A DNA stretch of 64,000 bases from Eledone cirrhosa (lineage: Eukaryota): assembly GCA_964016885.1 (NCBI GenBank), contig OZ024744.1, positions 96,534,001 through 96,598,000 on the forward strand. Direction: 5' to 3'. A model generated the notes under the pieces. The model had not been told where the DNA came from, searched no databases, and saw nothing but the letters and a program-made list of their open reading frames with translations. This document shows, piece after piece, positions 1 through 13,579 of this stretch. Positions within the stretch are counted from its first letter, which is position 1. The number at the start of each line of letters is the position of its first letter. Made by a program: the position numbers and the translations under genes.

Positions 1-240
1 TTTAGAATATCCGGCTATATGCCAAGCGACATGATTCACACATGCACGCGCACTCAGGCACGTCCACACAAGCACGCGAGCGCACACACACACACGCACA
101 CACACACACACACACACACACGCTCGCTCACTCACGATATTGGAAGTAACGCTAATTCAATATAATCATGTACAAATACAACAAGGCAATATACAAACAT
201 TTACTGATATATATTTTCCCCAATAATTATAAAATGAAAC

Positions 241-298
<58 letters not shown>

Positions 299-338
299 CT
301 CCCTCTCTCCCCGCTCTTTCTCAGACTTCCTCTTTGTC

Positions 339-339
339 A

Positions 340-371
<32 letters not shown>

Positions 372-424
372 CATTATATATGTATATATATATATGTATA
401 TATATATATATGTATATATATATG

Positions 425-455
<31 letters not shown>

Positions 456-510
456 GTATATATATATATGTATATATATATATGTATATATATATATGTA
501 TATATATATG

Positions 511-541
<31 letters not shown>

Positions 542-596
542 GTATATGTATATATATATATGTATATATATATGTATATATATATATATATATTTG

Positions 597-628
<32 letters not shown>

Positions 629-679
629 TATATTTGTATATATATAGATGTATATATATGTATATATATATATATACAC

Positions 680-730
<51 letters not shown>

Positions 731-935
731 TATATACATATATACATATATACATATATATATATATACATAAGCGATTTTTTTCCAGCACAGACCACCT
801 ACCACGAATTTCATGAGACTGGTGTTTTATTTGCTATATGTACACACACATAGACACACGCACACGCACACACACAAACACACACATGCACAAACACATG
901 CACAAACATATGCACACACACACATTCACACACAC

Positions 936-971
<36 letters not shown>

Positions 972-1131
972 ACACACACACACCCACACACCCATACTCA
1001 CACATGCACAAACACATGCATAAACACATGCACACACACACACATGCACACACACATTCACACACACGTACCCCCCCCCCACACACACACCCAAACACAC
1101 ACCCAAACACATGCATAAACACATGCACACA

Positions 1132-1180
<49 letters not shown>
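339..1180. repeat. Compound microsatellite (TA/TATG)n then (CA)n
   Basis: Directly visible. It produces the YIYI and HTHT ORFs. Confidence 0.95.
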
Positions 1181-1183
<3 letters not shown>

Positions 1184-1396
1184 CACATACAGACAAATAT
1201 ATCTAAGTTATTTTTTTTCCTATTTCCTTTTTTTTTCGTTGTTTTCTTTTCTCTTTTATATTTGTCCAACCATTTTATTTACTCTTAACAGATTTCTTTC
1301 TTCTTACAGTGAATTTCTTTTCGATGAAGGACTACCGTACGAAAGGTTAAGGCGTTATTATCACACCCTTTAATTCAGTCTTTATACTTATATACT

Positions 1397-1792
1397 AGTG
1401 GATTGGCAGTATCGGTAGAGGGTCGGACGCCATGCTTTGCAGCATAGAGTTACGGCCATTTATGGTCTGAGTTCAAATCCCACCAAGGTTAACTTTACCT
1501 TTCATCCTTACAGGGTCGATAAAATAAAGTAATAAAGTACCAGTAATGTACTGGGATAATTGCTGGCCTTGTGCCAAAAGTAGAAACAATTATTAGGGCG
1601 GTGGATTGGCAGTATCGGTAGAGGGTCAGACGCCATTCTTTGCAGCATAGAGTTACGTCCCTTTACGAACTCGGTTCAAATCCCACCGAGGTTGACTTTG
1701 CCTTTCATCCTTAGGGGGTCGATAAAATAAAGTACCAGTAATGTACTGGGGGTAATTTGATGGCCTTGTGCCAAAAGTAGAAACAATTATAG
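1397..1792 (+). mobile_element. Two head-to-tail family 1 SINEs
   Basis: Two consecutive about 195-bp copies from ggattggcagtatcggtagag to gtagaaacaattat. Confidence 0.9.
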
Positions 1793-1962
1793 TGGGTGGC
1801 TTCTCTTGATGCTCAAATATTGTTTATTAACGACTTTATATATAGCTGTCGAAACGCCGCTACCGCACACCTGACTCTCTTCCTATTACCCACTCCACTA
1901 CCCTCATTATTGAGTACTCTGGTGTGTTATGGTCCACCTGGTTTCTTACCACACCTTCTTTG

Positions 1963-2031
<69 letters not shown>

Positions 2032-2069
2032 CTCTCACATACACACACACACATATATATATAAATACT

Positions 2070-2102
<33 letters not shown>

Positions 2103-2218
2103 TATGGGTAGTACGCGCGTAACAGGTCGATACGCAATAAATATTTTTTCATATGTAAACGAAACCTTCCTCGTTTTTTGCTATTATATATATATATATA
2201 TATATACAGAGAGAGAGA

Positions 2219-2276
<58 letters not shown>

Positions 2277-2425
2277 AGGGTAGAATACTGGAAGGTAATA
2301 TCCGTAGCGGTAGAGCACTCAGTCCATGGGACGAGTTTGGTAGAACTGATGACCAGTCCGAGCTGAGCAACCGCTTATGTGAAACAATTGTTCTCAGTAT
2401 GGCGAACTAACTGTTGTGTTACCAC

Positions 2426-2458
<33 letters not shown>

Positions 2459-2460
<2 letters not shown>

Positions 2461-2627
2461 AACCAGTAAGACCCCGACGGCTGAGCTCAAGCCGTTTCGA
2501 CGGCTAATTCTGGACTGAATAGGAACCAGTAAGACCCCTGGTTCTTATTACCCACTCTACTACCCCAAGTATTGAGTACTTTGGTGCGTTATGGTCCACC
2601 TGGTTCCTTACCACATTTCCTTCGTTA
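2459..2627 (+). mobile_element. Family A copy with internal deletion/rearrangement
   Basis: Shares ggaaccagtaagaccccgacggctgagctcaagccgtttcg and ...ggtccacctggttccttaccacatttccttcg. Flanked by TA. Confidence 0.6.
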
Positions 2628-2711
2628 TATATATATATATATATATATGTCCCAAGGCTCTGATACCATCAACACTATAAACACAGAGCTGGCATATCTA
2701 AGAACTGACTA

Positions 2712-2767
2712 ACTGCCTGATGAGGTCATAGCCACTCAATGGCTATCATCGAAATATATATAACAGT
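2712..2767 (+). ncRNA. Hammerhead ribozyme-like motif
   Basis: actg-c-CTGATGA-ggtcatagcca(ctcaa)tggctatcatc-GAAA-tatata-TA-a-cagt. One mismatch next to the core in stem I. Confidence 0.6.
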
Positions 2768-2958
2768 AAATAAAGGATTATGAGTTCATGCAATTGACTT
2801 ATGTTTCGTCACTATATATATATATATATGAAAAAATGGGGAGAAGAATACTGCAGGTTGCACATGGATAACATGTAATAAAATGAGTCCCTCATCAGTG
2901 ATTTGCCGACGATCATAGATATTTCATTGCATTAAAAATCATATACCTCACGTCGGTG

Positions 2959-2997
<39 letters not shown>

Positions 2998-3402
2998 TGT
3001 GTGTGTGTGTGTTTTCATGTATACGGTATATTTATGTATATATTATTTTCCTAGTTTTATATGTTAGACTAATAACTTGAGAGATAATTCGTTTATAGCT
3101 ACAAGTATGAGAACTTATTCGGGGGCTGTGAAAATATCTTTGTTCTATTCACGCCTTGAATTACCCGCCTAAAATTCTGTCAAGTGAACTTCCTCTTTCG
3201 AGAGAGATCCACTGTCACTGAAATATAATCGATAATCTGACATATATAACTCCACGTGTTAACTCTGGGTAAGAAATGTATTAACTTTTCATACCATTGA
3301 GTACTTTGTAATTGCCCCAAATAATTTAATTGGCATCCTCTCTATTGCAGCTACAACTTCAATTTATACCTAATTTCATATATATATATGTATATCTATA
3401 TG

Positions 3403-3496
<94 letters not shown>

Positions 3497-3515
3497 CGTA
3501 TATATATATATATGT

Positions 3516-3553
<38 letters not shown>

Positions 3554-3765
3554 TATTTCTGAAGACAGCATATATATGTGAAGGTATGTATATTCTCTCT
3601 GATAGTTTGTATAATTTTGTACATAGATCTTTTGAATATGCATACCAATTCTAACACATATATGTCCGAGAAATGATCGTAAAATAATGAAATTTTTTTG
3701 TTTAATATAAGGAACTGTTTCTTTGTTTATTCATTATTTTTTTAATAATTTATATATATATATAT

Positions 3766-3955
3766 AACGAAGGAATTGTGGTAAGGAACCAGATAAACCA
3801 TAACGCACCAGAGTACTCAAGAATTTGGGTAGTAGAGTGGGTAATAGGAAAAAGTATGACCCCGACGGCAGAGCTCAAGCCGTTTCGACGGCTATTTCTG
3901 GACCAGAAATAGCCATCGTAACGGCTTGAGCTCTGCCGTCGGGGTCATACTTTTT

Positions 3956-3960
<5 letters not shown>
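3766..3960 (-). mobile_element. Family A Penelope-like foldback copy
   Basis: Reverse-complement copy of the 37749 element. Inverted repeat about 3844-3960, in (TA)n. Confidence 0.65.
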
Positions 3961-4012
<52 letters not shown>

Positions 4013-4110
4013 AATGCCTTCATCAGGACTAGAACTGTTTCATTCGAAGGAAATCATCAGGGAAAAATAATCATCATACATATTATATATGTTATGATAC
4101 CTTAACCTAG

Positions 4111-4145
<35 letters not shown>

Positions 4146-4233
4146 TATATATATGTATATATATATATGTATATGTATATATATATATGTATATATATAT
4201 ATGTATATATATATATATGTATATATATATATG

Positions 4234-4264
<31 letters not shown>

Positions 4265-4266
4265 GT

Positions 4267-4340
<74 letters not shown>

Positions 4341-4431
4341 TGTGTGATTATTATCATTTCAATAGGAAAGCTGAATGGACGTTGACCCATATCATTAATA
4401 ATTAAAATACATATATATGTATATATATATG

Positions 4432-4520
<89 letters not shown>

Positions 4521-4536
4521 ATATATATATGTATAC

Positions 4537-4567
<31 letters not shown>

Positions 4568-4679
4568 TATGTGTGTATGTATGCATGTATCTATGAACAC
4601 AGACACACATGTACACAGACACACAGACACATACATACACACACACCCACACACACACCCACACACACCCACATATATA

Positions 4680-4722
<43 letters not shown>

Positions 4723-6074
4723 TTGTATTTCTGTTCTTCTTTCTATATAAAAGTATGTGAGAATAGTTTCAAAGGAGTACTCAATACAAAGTGTTAGAGA
4801 ATATATATGTATTAACATAATCTATCGTATCATGACAGTTTCAGTTTCATCTCATGGGTGCTTCTCACAGCGATACCAGTTTCGTAAAAATTTAAAGTAC
4901 TGTACACTTTAGCGAAGGTTTTTAGAACCGTGTGTTTGCGATCCCTGTGTGGATTATTATATGCTTGGGTTCAATGTAATCCTGTTACATAATCCATCAC
5001 AAAAGACGCTTGCATTTTTTTTACAATACATATGTAGTAACTATGGCGACAGTGTGTTGACTATAGCAACGCAGTGTCGCCACCTGTGGGTAACACAAAA
5101 AAAATAGCGAATTACTTCCCTTATCTCGGCGCTCTCTAAAAGAAGGGACGCCAATGTAAAACTCAAGAGATTTGGGGGTTTTTTCCAGTCGCCTTTGCCC
5201 TGCCATGTGGACGTACTTTGTGGAAACGCGCCTGTTTTTGACCAAGAGATCTCGTGATGTCTCATATTCTATCTCGACACATATCCTTTTCATATCTCTT
5301 CTTGTAATGTAAGAATTAAGCCATTGCCATTTAGCTTGCAAGGTATGTCCTGTGAATTTAATTATTATGTTGTGTTTTATTAAATGTATCATTTGATAAA
5401 AAGATTAGTCTTTTTATCGTTAAAGCCCTTCTGTTATAATTAATAAATCTTAGAGAGATGAGATGTCGTTCACACACCTGGACGATATATAGTTTTTTCT
5501 TTACATATGTACGTATGGCTTACGGCTTTACCCAGCAAGAGTCCCGTACTGCCCTTTTTTTATATTTGATATAATGATATCTCACCGAAAACGGTGAGAG
5601 GAATTTTAATCTGTCTATGATACCATAGAGTGGAGGCGTGTGGTCTAATGGAATTACGATCATAATGTTGTGTGTTCAATTCCTTGACGCATTTGTGTGT
5701 TACGTTCTTGAGCAAAACACTTCATTTCATGTTGCGCTAGTATATTCAGTAGAGGCGGTATTGAACTTATGATAATAATTGTTTCTACGTTAGGCACAAG
5801 GCCAGCAATTACCCAGTGCATTACTGGTACTTTATTTTATCGACCCCGTAAGGAGGAAAGGCAAAGTTAACCTTGGTAGGATTTGAACTCAGAATGGCAA
5901 GGGCCGTAACTCTATGCGTCAAAGCATGGCGTCCGACCCTCTACCGATACTGCCCATGATAATGTCGTGGGTTTAATTCTTGAATTGTTTTGTGTTGAAT
6001 CGGCCCACTATAGTAAATGACACTTGTCCAAGATATCACGCTTTGGAATTGAACCCGGGTTCAAGGAAGACCCT

Positions 6075-6452
6075 TCAGGACAATAACTTTGATCTGAAGG
6101 AATAGCGGTGAAGAGCATGGAATGAGTCCAAATTTGCCAACCAGGACCCCACATCTAAACCAGTTGGCTTTGACATTCCAAGAAAGAAGCAATAGGTGTC
6201 CCTTAATCAGATCTGCACAATACATCCCAGGACAGCCAATCAACTCTATCGATGGAAAATGAAAGACGGCCCAGCATGTGACTGTGGGGACCCTGACCAG
6301 ACAGTACTGCATGTGGTTTGGGGTTGTCCTCTCAGACATATTCCCAGAGGCTTGGTGGCAATCCATAATGCCGCAAATGACGCCTTGATCAGGCTCGCCA
6401 GTCTCGACCTGTCTCTCTAACTATTGTGCATATGTCATACGACAAGAAGAAA
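6075..6452 (+). mobile_element. RTEX-like LINE 3' fragment
   Basis: GFDIPR...LN....LYRWKMKDGPACDCGDPDQTVLHVVWGCPLR, then a short 3' UTR ending catacgacaagaagaa. Confidence 0.65.
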
Positions 6453-6889
6453 GACAACACAATATCGACTCCGCATGTCTATATTATTAAATCTTTTGTT
6501 TCGATATTGCTAATGAAACATTGTATTTTAACTGATTAATGAAAAAGTTTGAGGGATTTACTAAAATTATTATTATCGGTATTTGTAACATAACTTATGA
6601 AAATATTATTATGTTAAATTTTAATTTTAATAGAAACGCTTGAAAATGGGTGGTTTTGTTTTATAGAACGAAAGGAGATATTTTTTGGTGGAGATTAGAT
6701 GGGGTTGATATCAAAAGGGTTAATTGGTTTTAACTGAAATCAATGATTTTAAGATACAGCAATCAATATTAGCTGTTACAATAAGCCATTATTGCTCTCA
6801 ATATTGATTAAAATCAGTACGGCAGGCATTGAATGAATAATAAAAAAGAAATAATTATATATTATAAATATAAAACTTAAAATAATTAC

Positions 6890-7285
6890 CTTTTCTACAT
6901 CCTGAAATGCATTGAACACATCATACGGCAAACAGGATAGTAAATCAATTATGAACCAACTCTTCAAATAGTTCATCCGTATAGTTTTAGGGTCAGATAT
7001 GATTTCACCAGTAGGCCCAACAAATGTAGTATGGAAATTTAAAATGATATCAAGGAAGAAGACAACATCGACAATGCTATCAACTACCAAAAGAGGAACT
7101 TGATCCATAGTTTTGTTCTTGAATGCCGCGTTATAAGGTACCATGACAGCTGTATAAAATGTAAGAATGAGAATCATCCAGTCCCAGATAGCTTTGAATA
7201 GACAATAATGAAGAATAATGTGTGGCGGTGTTTTAGGTGCTTCTTGTCTATACTGAGGCAGAACATCGGCGTAAAGGTTAACCAT
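6890..7285 (-). CDS. eag: eag (Kv10/KCNH1-5) K+ channel internal exon, S1-S3
   Basis: [27 protein letters not shown]...[19 protein letters not shown]...[49 protein letters not shown] is typical of the eag subfamily. Acceptor ctttcttattgacag|ATG and donor AAG|gtaatt; 396 nt, phase 0/0. The ORF tail after ...DVEK is intron read-through. Confidence 0.95.
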
Positions 7286-7800
7286 CTGTCAATAAGAAAG
7301 AGAGATAATTAATTAATGAGAATATATTTAATAATTAATGAGAATATATTTGATAAATTTCTACAACTTACTAAACAATTTAATTATTTTGTTTAAGTGA
7401 CATTAACGTTGTGAATATTCATGTATGAAAGACAAATGCCAAAAATATTAAAATTTTTTAACTCTAATTAAACTCTAATTTACGCAAATTTAAATAACGA
7501 ACAAGCATAATTAGGTGACACACTTTTGATTTTATTTTAATTTCCTGCAACCTATTTATTGTCACAAAAAAAAGAGAATTTATTCCAACTTCTACATTCA
7601 ATCTAAAATCAAAACTCATTGTAAATATGTATGTCAGTGTGTCTTACTTAATGTTTCCTGTGTTCGGCTCACAACCGTGAGATCGAGAGTTCAATTCACA
7701 GAGAGTTCAACTGTCCCTGAACACTTTATTTTACGTTGCTCCAGTCTATTCAGCAAAAATGGATTGTACATGCAATTCAAAGGGCCAGTCTTGTGACATA

Positions 7801-7834
<34 letters not shown>

Positions 7835-8062
7835 GTCAAGCCGAATCACCCTCCTGAGAACTACATTAACGGTACACCTGTCAGTGGAACGCTCAGCTAT
7901 TTACTCGTTAATTTTACAAGCAGGCTGTTCCTTTGTTCAAACAACTGGAACACTCATCATCGTTACCGACGGAGGTCCATCAACAGTACACGGCATACAC
8001 CAATATATTATAGATTTGGATTTATACTAATTTACACACTTCTTTATGCAGTTATTAATAAT

Positions 8063-8283
8063 GGTTATTAATAATAATATAGGCACAAGGCCATCAATTT
8101 TGGGGGACAGAAAGTCGATTAAATCGACCTTAGTGCGTGACTGGTACTTTATTTTATCGACCCCGTAAGGATGAGAGGAAAAGTTAACCTCGGCGGGATT
8201 TGAACTCAGATCATAAAATGCCGTAACTCTATGCTGCAGAGCATGGCGTCCGACCCTCTACCGATACTGCCAATCCACCGCCC
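8063..8283 (-). mobile_element. tRNA-derived SINE family 1, representative copy
   Basis: Head tggcagtatcggtaga (A-box-like), gagttcaaatcc (B-box), central gcctttcatcc..ggggtcgataaaataaagtaccag, (ATT)n tail. 19-bp TSD ttatgcagttattaataat at 8044-8062 and 8284-8302. Dozens of full or partial copies in the window. Confidence 0.9.
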
Positions 8284-8761
8284 TTATGCAGTTATTAATA
8301 ATAAGAGTTGAAATTAATGTATGCAAGATTTCACAGCTCTAGCATCACTCCTTCATAATCAGCCTATGAATTTCTTTAGCCGACCCTCGTCCAGAATCAC
8401 ACGCAGCTCACATATACAGATATACAGATATACAGATATACTAAACATACACTTTGTATTTAATTGCTATTTCAGAAGCGTTGGTTTCCTAAGGCGTCGC
8501 TGCTATGGCAGTACTAAAAAGGACAATTCAAAAATCAACGAAAGTAGTAAAATTTAATGTAAATCTTTACATATATAAGGGCGGTGCCCTTATATATGTA
8601 AAGATTTGCCTGGCCTCAGCCGGATGGCTGGAACAGGTAAAAGAGATATAACATTGATGTAAAATATTTTATTTTACACATTTGAAAATGTGGAGGCAGC
8701 TCTAAACAGCTTGAGGCTATATTTTAGAAGAATAAAAGGGCTGATTGATATATAGGCTTAC

Positions 8762-8886
8762 GTTAGCCAAATGCGATGTCCTGTTGCCATCTTCGAACTT
8801 GGTATTTGGTAGGTTTGAAGAAAACTGCAGTAGAGTTGATCGATTTCTGGTAACTGATCGGGCGAGACGAGCAAATTTACTCAAAC
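8762..8886 (-). CDS. eag: eag (Kv10/KCNH1-5) K+ channel internal exon, PAS-to-S1 linker
   Basis: Translates (G)LSKFARLARSVTRNRSTLLQFSSNLPNTKFEDGNRTSHLAN, matching the eag GLSKFAKLARSVTR...SNLAH motif. Acceptor ttttgtcaactag| at 8887 and donor |gtaagc at 8761. Phase 1 start, phase 0 end, in frame with the next exon. Confidence 0.9.
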
Positions 8887-9499
8887 CTAGTTGACAAAAC
8901 AAATAAAAAACAAGACAAATAAGGATATAGTAATATAATAAATGAATGTCTAGTACAGTTTATGTGTGAAGTTTTTAATTTTATGTATAAACATATATAT
9001 ATATTAATTGAATTGAAACATCAGTATATGAATTATTTATCAAACATATCAATTTTTCTCTAGATGATTTTCAATGTGTTGTAATTAAAGTCTCTATGCT
9101 CTCATGAAATTCACGAGATTCATTTATATAAACCTTGCTTTGAATTAGTAATTTAATTTTATTTATTTTTCTTCAAAGTTTTTTTAAATAGATTTCATAA
9201 AAATAATTGTATACTTCAAAATCCCATGTTCAACTAATGAGTGACAGTAATGATTTGGGTTAATGTTTATATGTATCATGCGGCATAGAATATAACCCAG
9301 GTGTATTCCTGAAGGTTTAGTTTCTGTGTATTTGGCACCCTTCAACATCAGCCAGAAGAGTATGTCACAACACACCATGGAAAAAAGGGAAAACAATAAA
9401 TCTAATTGTTCTCTTGAAATTCTTTTGGTTTGTTTTAGGATCACTCGAGACAAAGATAATTTCATCCGAATGAAAGGTGGAACTATCATTTTGGGACCC

Positions 9500-9988
9500 A
9501 ATGATGAAAGAGATAAGATAAATGTAAATACAACCAGAAGGACAGAAACAATATGATCGCGAATACAAGCGACCGAAATGGGGTTCTGTGGAATAAGTTT
9601 ATCCAATAGTTCGTAGCTCAGAGATCAGAGAGTCACTCCAGGTAGAGCCGCTACTTCTCTGAATTGAGAGATCACAGCTCAGATACTATAGGCAAGTGGT
9701 TAGAATGTACCAGGAAAGAATTGATGGACAGATTTTATGGGCAAAACCAACTGACAGCAGCCCCAGTGTAATCCCTGACAAGATGATTGGATAACATCCA
9801 TGAGTTTGGCTGGTAACGCTTGGAGATCCAGCCGGATCAGATGGAGACGGTTGCTTCTGACAGGACCTGATGGAAGGAGTGTTTGAGGACTCTGTCTGAA
9901 TCCACGACCCTCTCAGGAATAAGTGGGAGAAGAAGAAGAAGGAGAAGAAGAAGGAAAAAAGAAGGAAAAAAGAAGGAAAAAAAAGAAG
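9500..9988 (+). mobile_element. Degenerate RTE LINE 3' end with (GAA)n tail
   Basis: SRIQATEMGF...RVEPLLL.IERSQLRY motifs. Related 3' pieces at about 18840-19040 (-) and 52928-53130 (-). Confidence 0.6.
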
Positions 9989-10911
9989 GATCTTAGCATC
10001 GACATTAATGTATTGCTGTGACAGTGTGTTTCCAATGAAAGCTGTTACTGAGGTATTTATTTTTAAAGTAGTGCATGTCTGGTGTTAGAATACTAGAGAA
10101 CATATAATGGTCGTGTGAACATTCTTAATATACACTACCTTTGTTTGGAGCCATTCGGTTTCTGATATACAATAGAATTAATAGCATGTGGGTCAGAGAG
10201 AAGCCAGGAAAAATGCTGAGATGACGGGATATGATAAAATAATAACTATTTCTACTTTAGGCACAAGGCCAGCAATTTGAAGGAGAGGGGAAAGTTGATT
10301 AAATCAACCCCAGTGCGTGACTGGTACTTTATTTTATCGACTCCGTAAGGATGAAAGGCAAAGTTAACCTGATAAAATAATGATTTCTACTATAGGGAGA
10401 AGGCCAACAATTTGAAGGGAAGATGTCAAAAGTCGATTAAATCAACTCCAGAATGTTTCTGGTCTTTTATTTTATCGACTCCGTAAGGATGAAAGGCAAA
10501 GCTAACCTGATAAAATAATAACAAGAACAACAAAAGATTTGATTCAAGGGACGAAAGAAGAGTTGAACAAGCAACATTGGAGCTTGTTAGGAGCAGGATA
10601 AACATAGAAGAAAGTAAAATGTAATAGAAGTGATTTTTCCAAAGTTCTAAAGAAGAAACTATAGATGTATGACGAAGGAAAGTATGAATCCATTAGATCT
10701 AGTTATCAAACTGGAAATTATCGAGACAGGAAGAGGAGGGGGCGACTTCAGATGTTAAAGGAGTGTGCCGTGAATGACTGTTTACATAGTTTTAATATAT
10801 TGAAGATATACTGTGAGGACAATAGTTTGTTAGTTGAGAATCAAAATAGTTATCTTTCTTGGGGTTGGTAGATATTGATGTTTTTATATAATTTATAGAT
10901 GGGGACCTGAG

Positions 10912-10944
<33 letters not shown>

Positions 10945-11592
10945 AGGGGGGGGAGAGGAGAGAGTTTCTTGTGAATAGTGAGAGGGAGAGAGATATCTGC
11001 GGAGAGTGAGAGAGATGGAGAGGGAGTTACCTGTGGAGAGAGAGGAGAGAGTTACTTGTGAGTAGAGAGAGAGAGGGAGAGAGATATCTGTGGAGAGAGA
11101 GAGATACCTGTGGCGAGAGATAGATAGATAGATAGATATAGAGAGATAGATAGAGAGAGATATATATACTTGTGGAAAGAGGGAAAGAATTTGATGAGTA
11201 TTGGGAAGAATTCGCGAGTGAATATTTTAAGAGTGATAAAAAATAGTATCATCAGGTTTATTAAACCCTGATCTTCTTTTGACAAGTGGGAGTAAGTAAA
11301 AAGCACCGGCATAATTTGTGTGCGAGGGAGGTTGAAGGCAGTGAGATGCATGGACGGTTACCGCTCCTCTTTGATGTGTCTTACGGTAACAGGGGAACAC
11401 TTTTGTGTTTGTGATGGTGAGTGATTTTCTTTCTCTCTCCAGGAGATGTAGATAGTGTTATTTGCTAGTGCAATTGAATTACATTGTGGATTAGTAGTTG
11501 TCAACATTGCATGAGGGATATGAAAGGATATTCCAGTGATAATGGCTTTCACTCATTTTGATAAATCAAAGATAAAGTATATTTGAAACAGA

Positions 11593-12108
11593 GGGTATTA
11601 TTATAGAAGATCATTCTCTTCGATTTAAGTGGGAAAAACATTTTTCCTCAGTTTTTTTTCCGTATGCTATCAACCAATCTAACCTCCAAGATGCTTGCCA
11701 TCGATCTTTTTCCCAGGAAAATGGGGGGGGGGGGGGGGGGGTTTCCCTTCCCGGAGTTTTCTCTCCGATTTTTTTCGCGTGTTACCATCGAATATGTCCT
11801 CCAAAACCAGTCGGAAACGACTAGCCTTGTAGAAAAAGGGTGATGGGGCCGGAAAGACCATCGGAGTTTCGTAAATCTACGCCCTTCTTGCGTTTCGTGG
11901 GAAATAATTATTTTTCTCTTTTTTTAAAATCTGATCTCCAAAATGCTCGGGACTATCCGGAGTGGGGGACTCCACCCCCTCCATTTTCCTGGAAAAAAGT
12001 CGATTGCAAGTATCTCGGAGGTTAAATTAGTTGATCGCACACGAAAAAAAACAAGAACAAATCTTTTCCTACTGAAATCGAGGCGGGTGTTCTTCTAGAA
12101 ATTTACCC
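11593..12108. mobile_element. Old MITE with long diverged TIRs
   Basis: About 150-170 bp of mirrored arms, e.g. aacctccaagatgcttgccatcgatctttttcccaggaaaatgg versus ccattttcctggaaaaaagtcgattgcaagtatctcggaggtt. Ends GGGTA...TACCC. Confidence 0.7.
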
Positions 12109-13424
12109 AATAGAGAAGATTCAGCATAGAGCTTGTAGGGATAAAATTAGTTAGCTGATTTATATTATGGAAGGATTTGTGGGTTAGAAGTTATTATACG
12201 AAAGGTTGCTGTGGTGTGACTACTTTGATCAGGCAGCAATAGGACGATTCTACAGTGTAAACGACTGTGACGGCAGACTAACAGTTTAGTTTTTAGGTAA
12301 GAAAATAATCAAAGGTATTTGTAGACTCAATGCATTGGTCACAGAAACAAGGACTAACGATTGACTACCTGGTGCAGTATAAGTTTGAAAAGAATGATGG
12401 CATCAGAGTCAATCGATTCGTCATTTACACCCCTCTAAACATTGTAGATTTGGGCTTATTATCGAAATCCCTTTTACTATAATATAAAGACAGTGGAGTT
12501 ATATTTAATTTCGCTAGTTTACCTTCTATGTTCAAAACACACCAGTGATTATTTAGTCTAGGGTCGATAAAGTAAGTTTCAATAAGGCTTACATTATGAC
12601 TATGTTGACTCCTAAAACTTTATGACCATGTGTCATTTTCAATGTAAGAAATTCAATTTACTAAAGATAAATTCGATTTGTTGATACAATATGGCAACAT
12701 ACATATGTTTTTAATATGAGTAATTTCTTAAACTTATATAAAAAAAAAACCTATTACATTATGTATACAATACGTATAAGTTTTGATAAAAAAATAAATT
12801 GTGAAAGATCCTTCAAATAATTTAGATATACAAATCTCTTGAAAATAGTTAAATGTACAGAATAAAATAATACTGAATATAAAACGCTCAACATCTGAAA
12901 ATGTTTATTTCAGCGCATGTCTACGCCATTGGAAGGCATCAGTTTACAAAGGCAAGTCTTTTATAAAGTTTTCAAAATACACACAAAATAACTCACCAAA
13001 CATCATTTACAAATAATCGTACAATATACGCATTCCATATGTAACATGACTGATAACAACAACAACGCTAAAAACCGGAAGTAAAATTATCTGAATTTAC
13101 AAGGCCAACAATCCACACAGTGTACATTACAAAAATAGATACTTTAGGCACAAAAACGAATGATTTAAACTTGACATTAAAAATTTAGAATTAAAATTTA
13201 CGATACAACATTAACGTCATTAAAAATACCTTTATGCAACTAATAGATTTTCTCATGAAAGAAGACATTCAGAAAACATTCTTACTACCAGCACACAGAA
13301 ATCATAACCCTAAATTATATTTCAATCAAACTTAATAGATCTTTTTAAAACAATGTTGGGTGGAAATTTTATAAGTTGCTTATAATTTTGCATTCAATAT
13401 ATCCAAGTAACAACACATTACAAA

Positions 13425-13579
13425 CAGAGGCAAAACTAGGGAATATAGTGCCTATGGCAAGCAGTGAAATTGCGCCCCAGCGCAGACAATCTATCTCCAG
13501 CGATAGCTGATCTGGCTTTATGTTAACAGAAAGTGCTCTTTCTTAGTCCAGGTGGCGCCCTACCCTAGTTATGCCTCTG
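13425..13579. mobile_element. Short hAT-like MITE
   Basis: TIR cagaggcaaaactaggg and ccctagttatgcctctg (16/17). Degenerate 8-bp flanks attacaaa and ttcacaaa. Confidence 0.7.

Noticed and set aside
168-1288. Many YIYI, HTHT and CVCV ORFs here and throughout the window
   Set aside because: They are translations of (TA)n, (CA)n, (GA)n and trinucleotide microsatellites that happen to lack stops.
1397-1485. SINE heads as tRNA genes
   Set aside because: A/B-box-like motifs run into the SINE body and tail in dozens of copies, and I could not fold a complete cloverleaf.
6776-6889. C-terminal part of the 169-aa eag ORF
   Set aside because: It follows a canonical AAG|gtaatt donor, and similarity to eag stops there.
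10540-11560. Purine-rich stretches that look like decayed LINE coding sequence
   Set aside because: I could read no diagnostic motif, so I left them unclassified.
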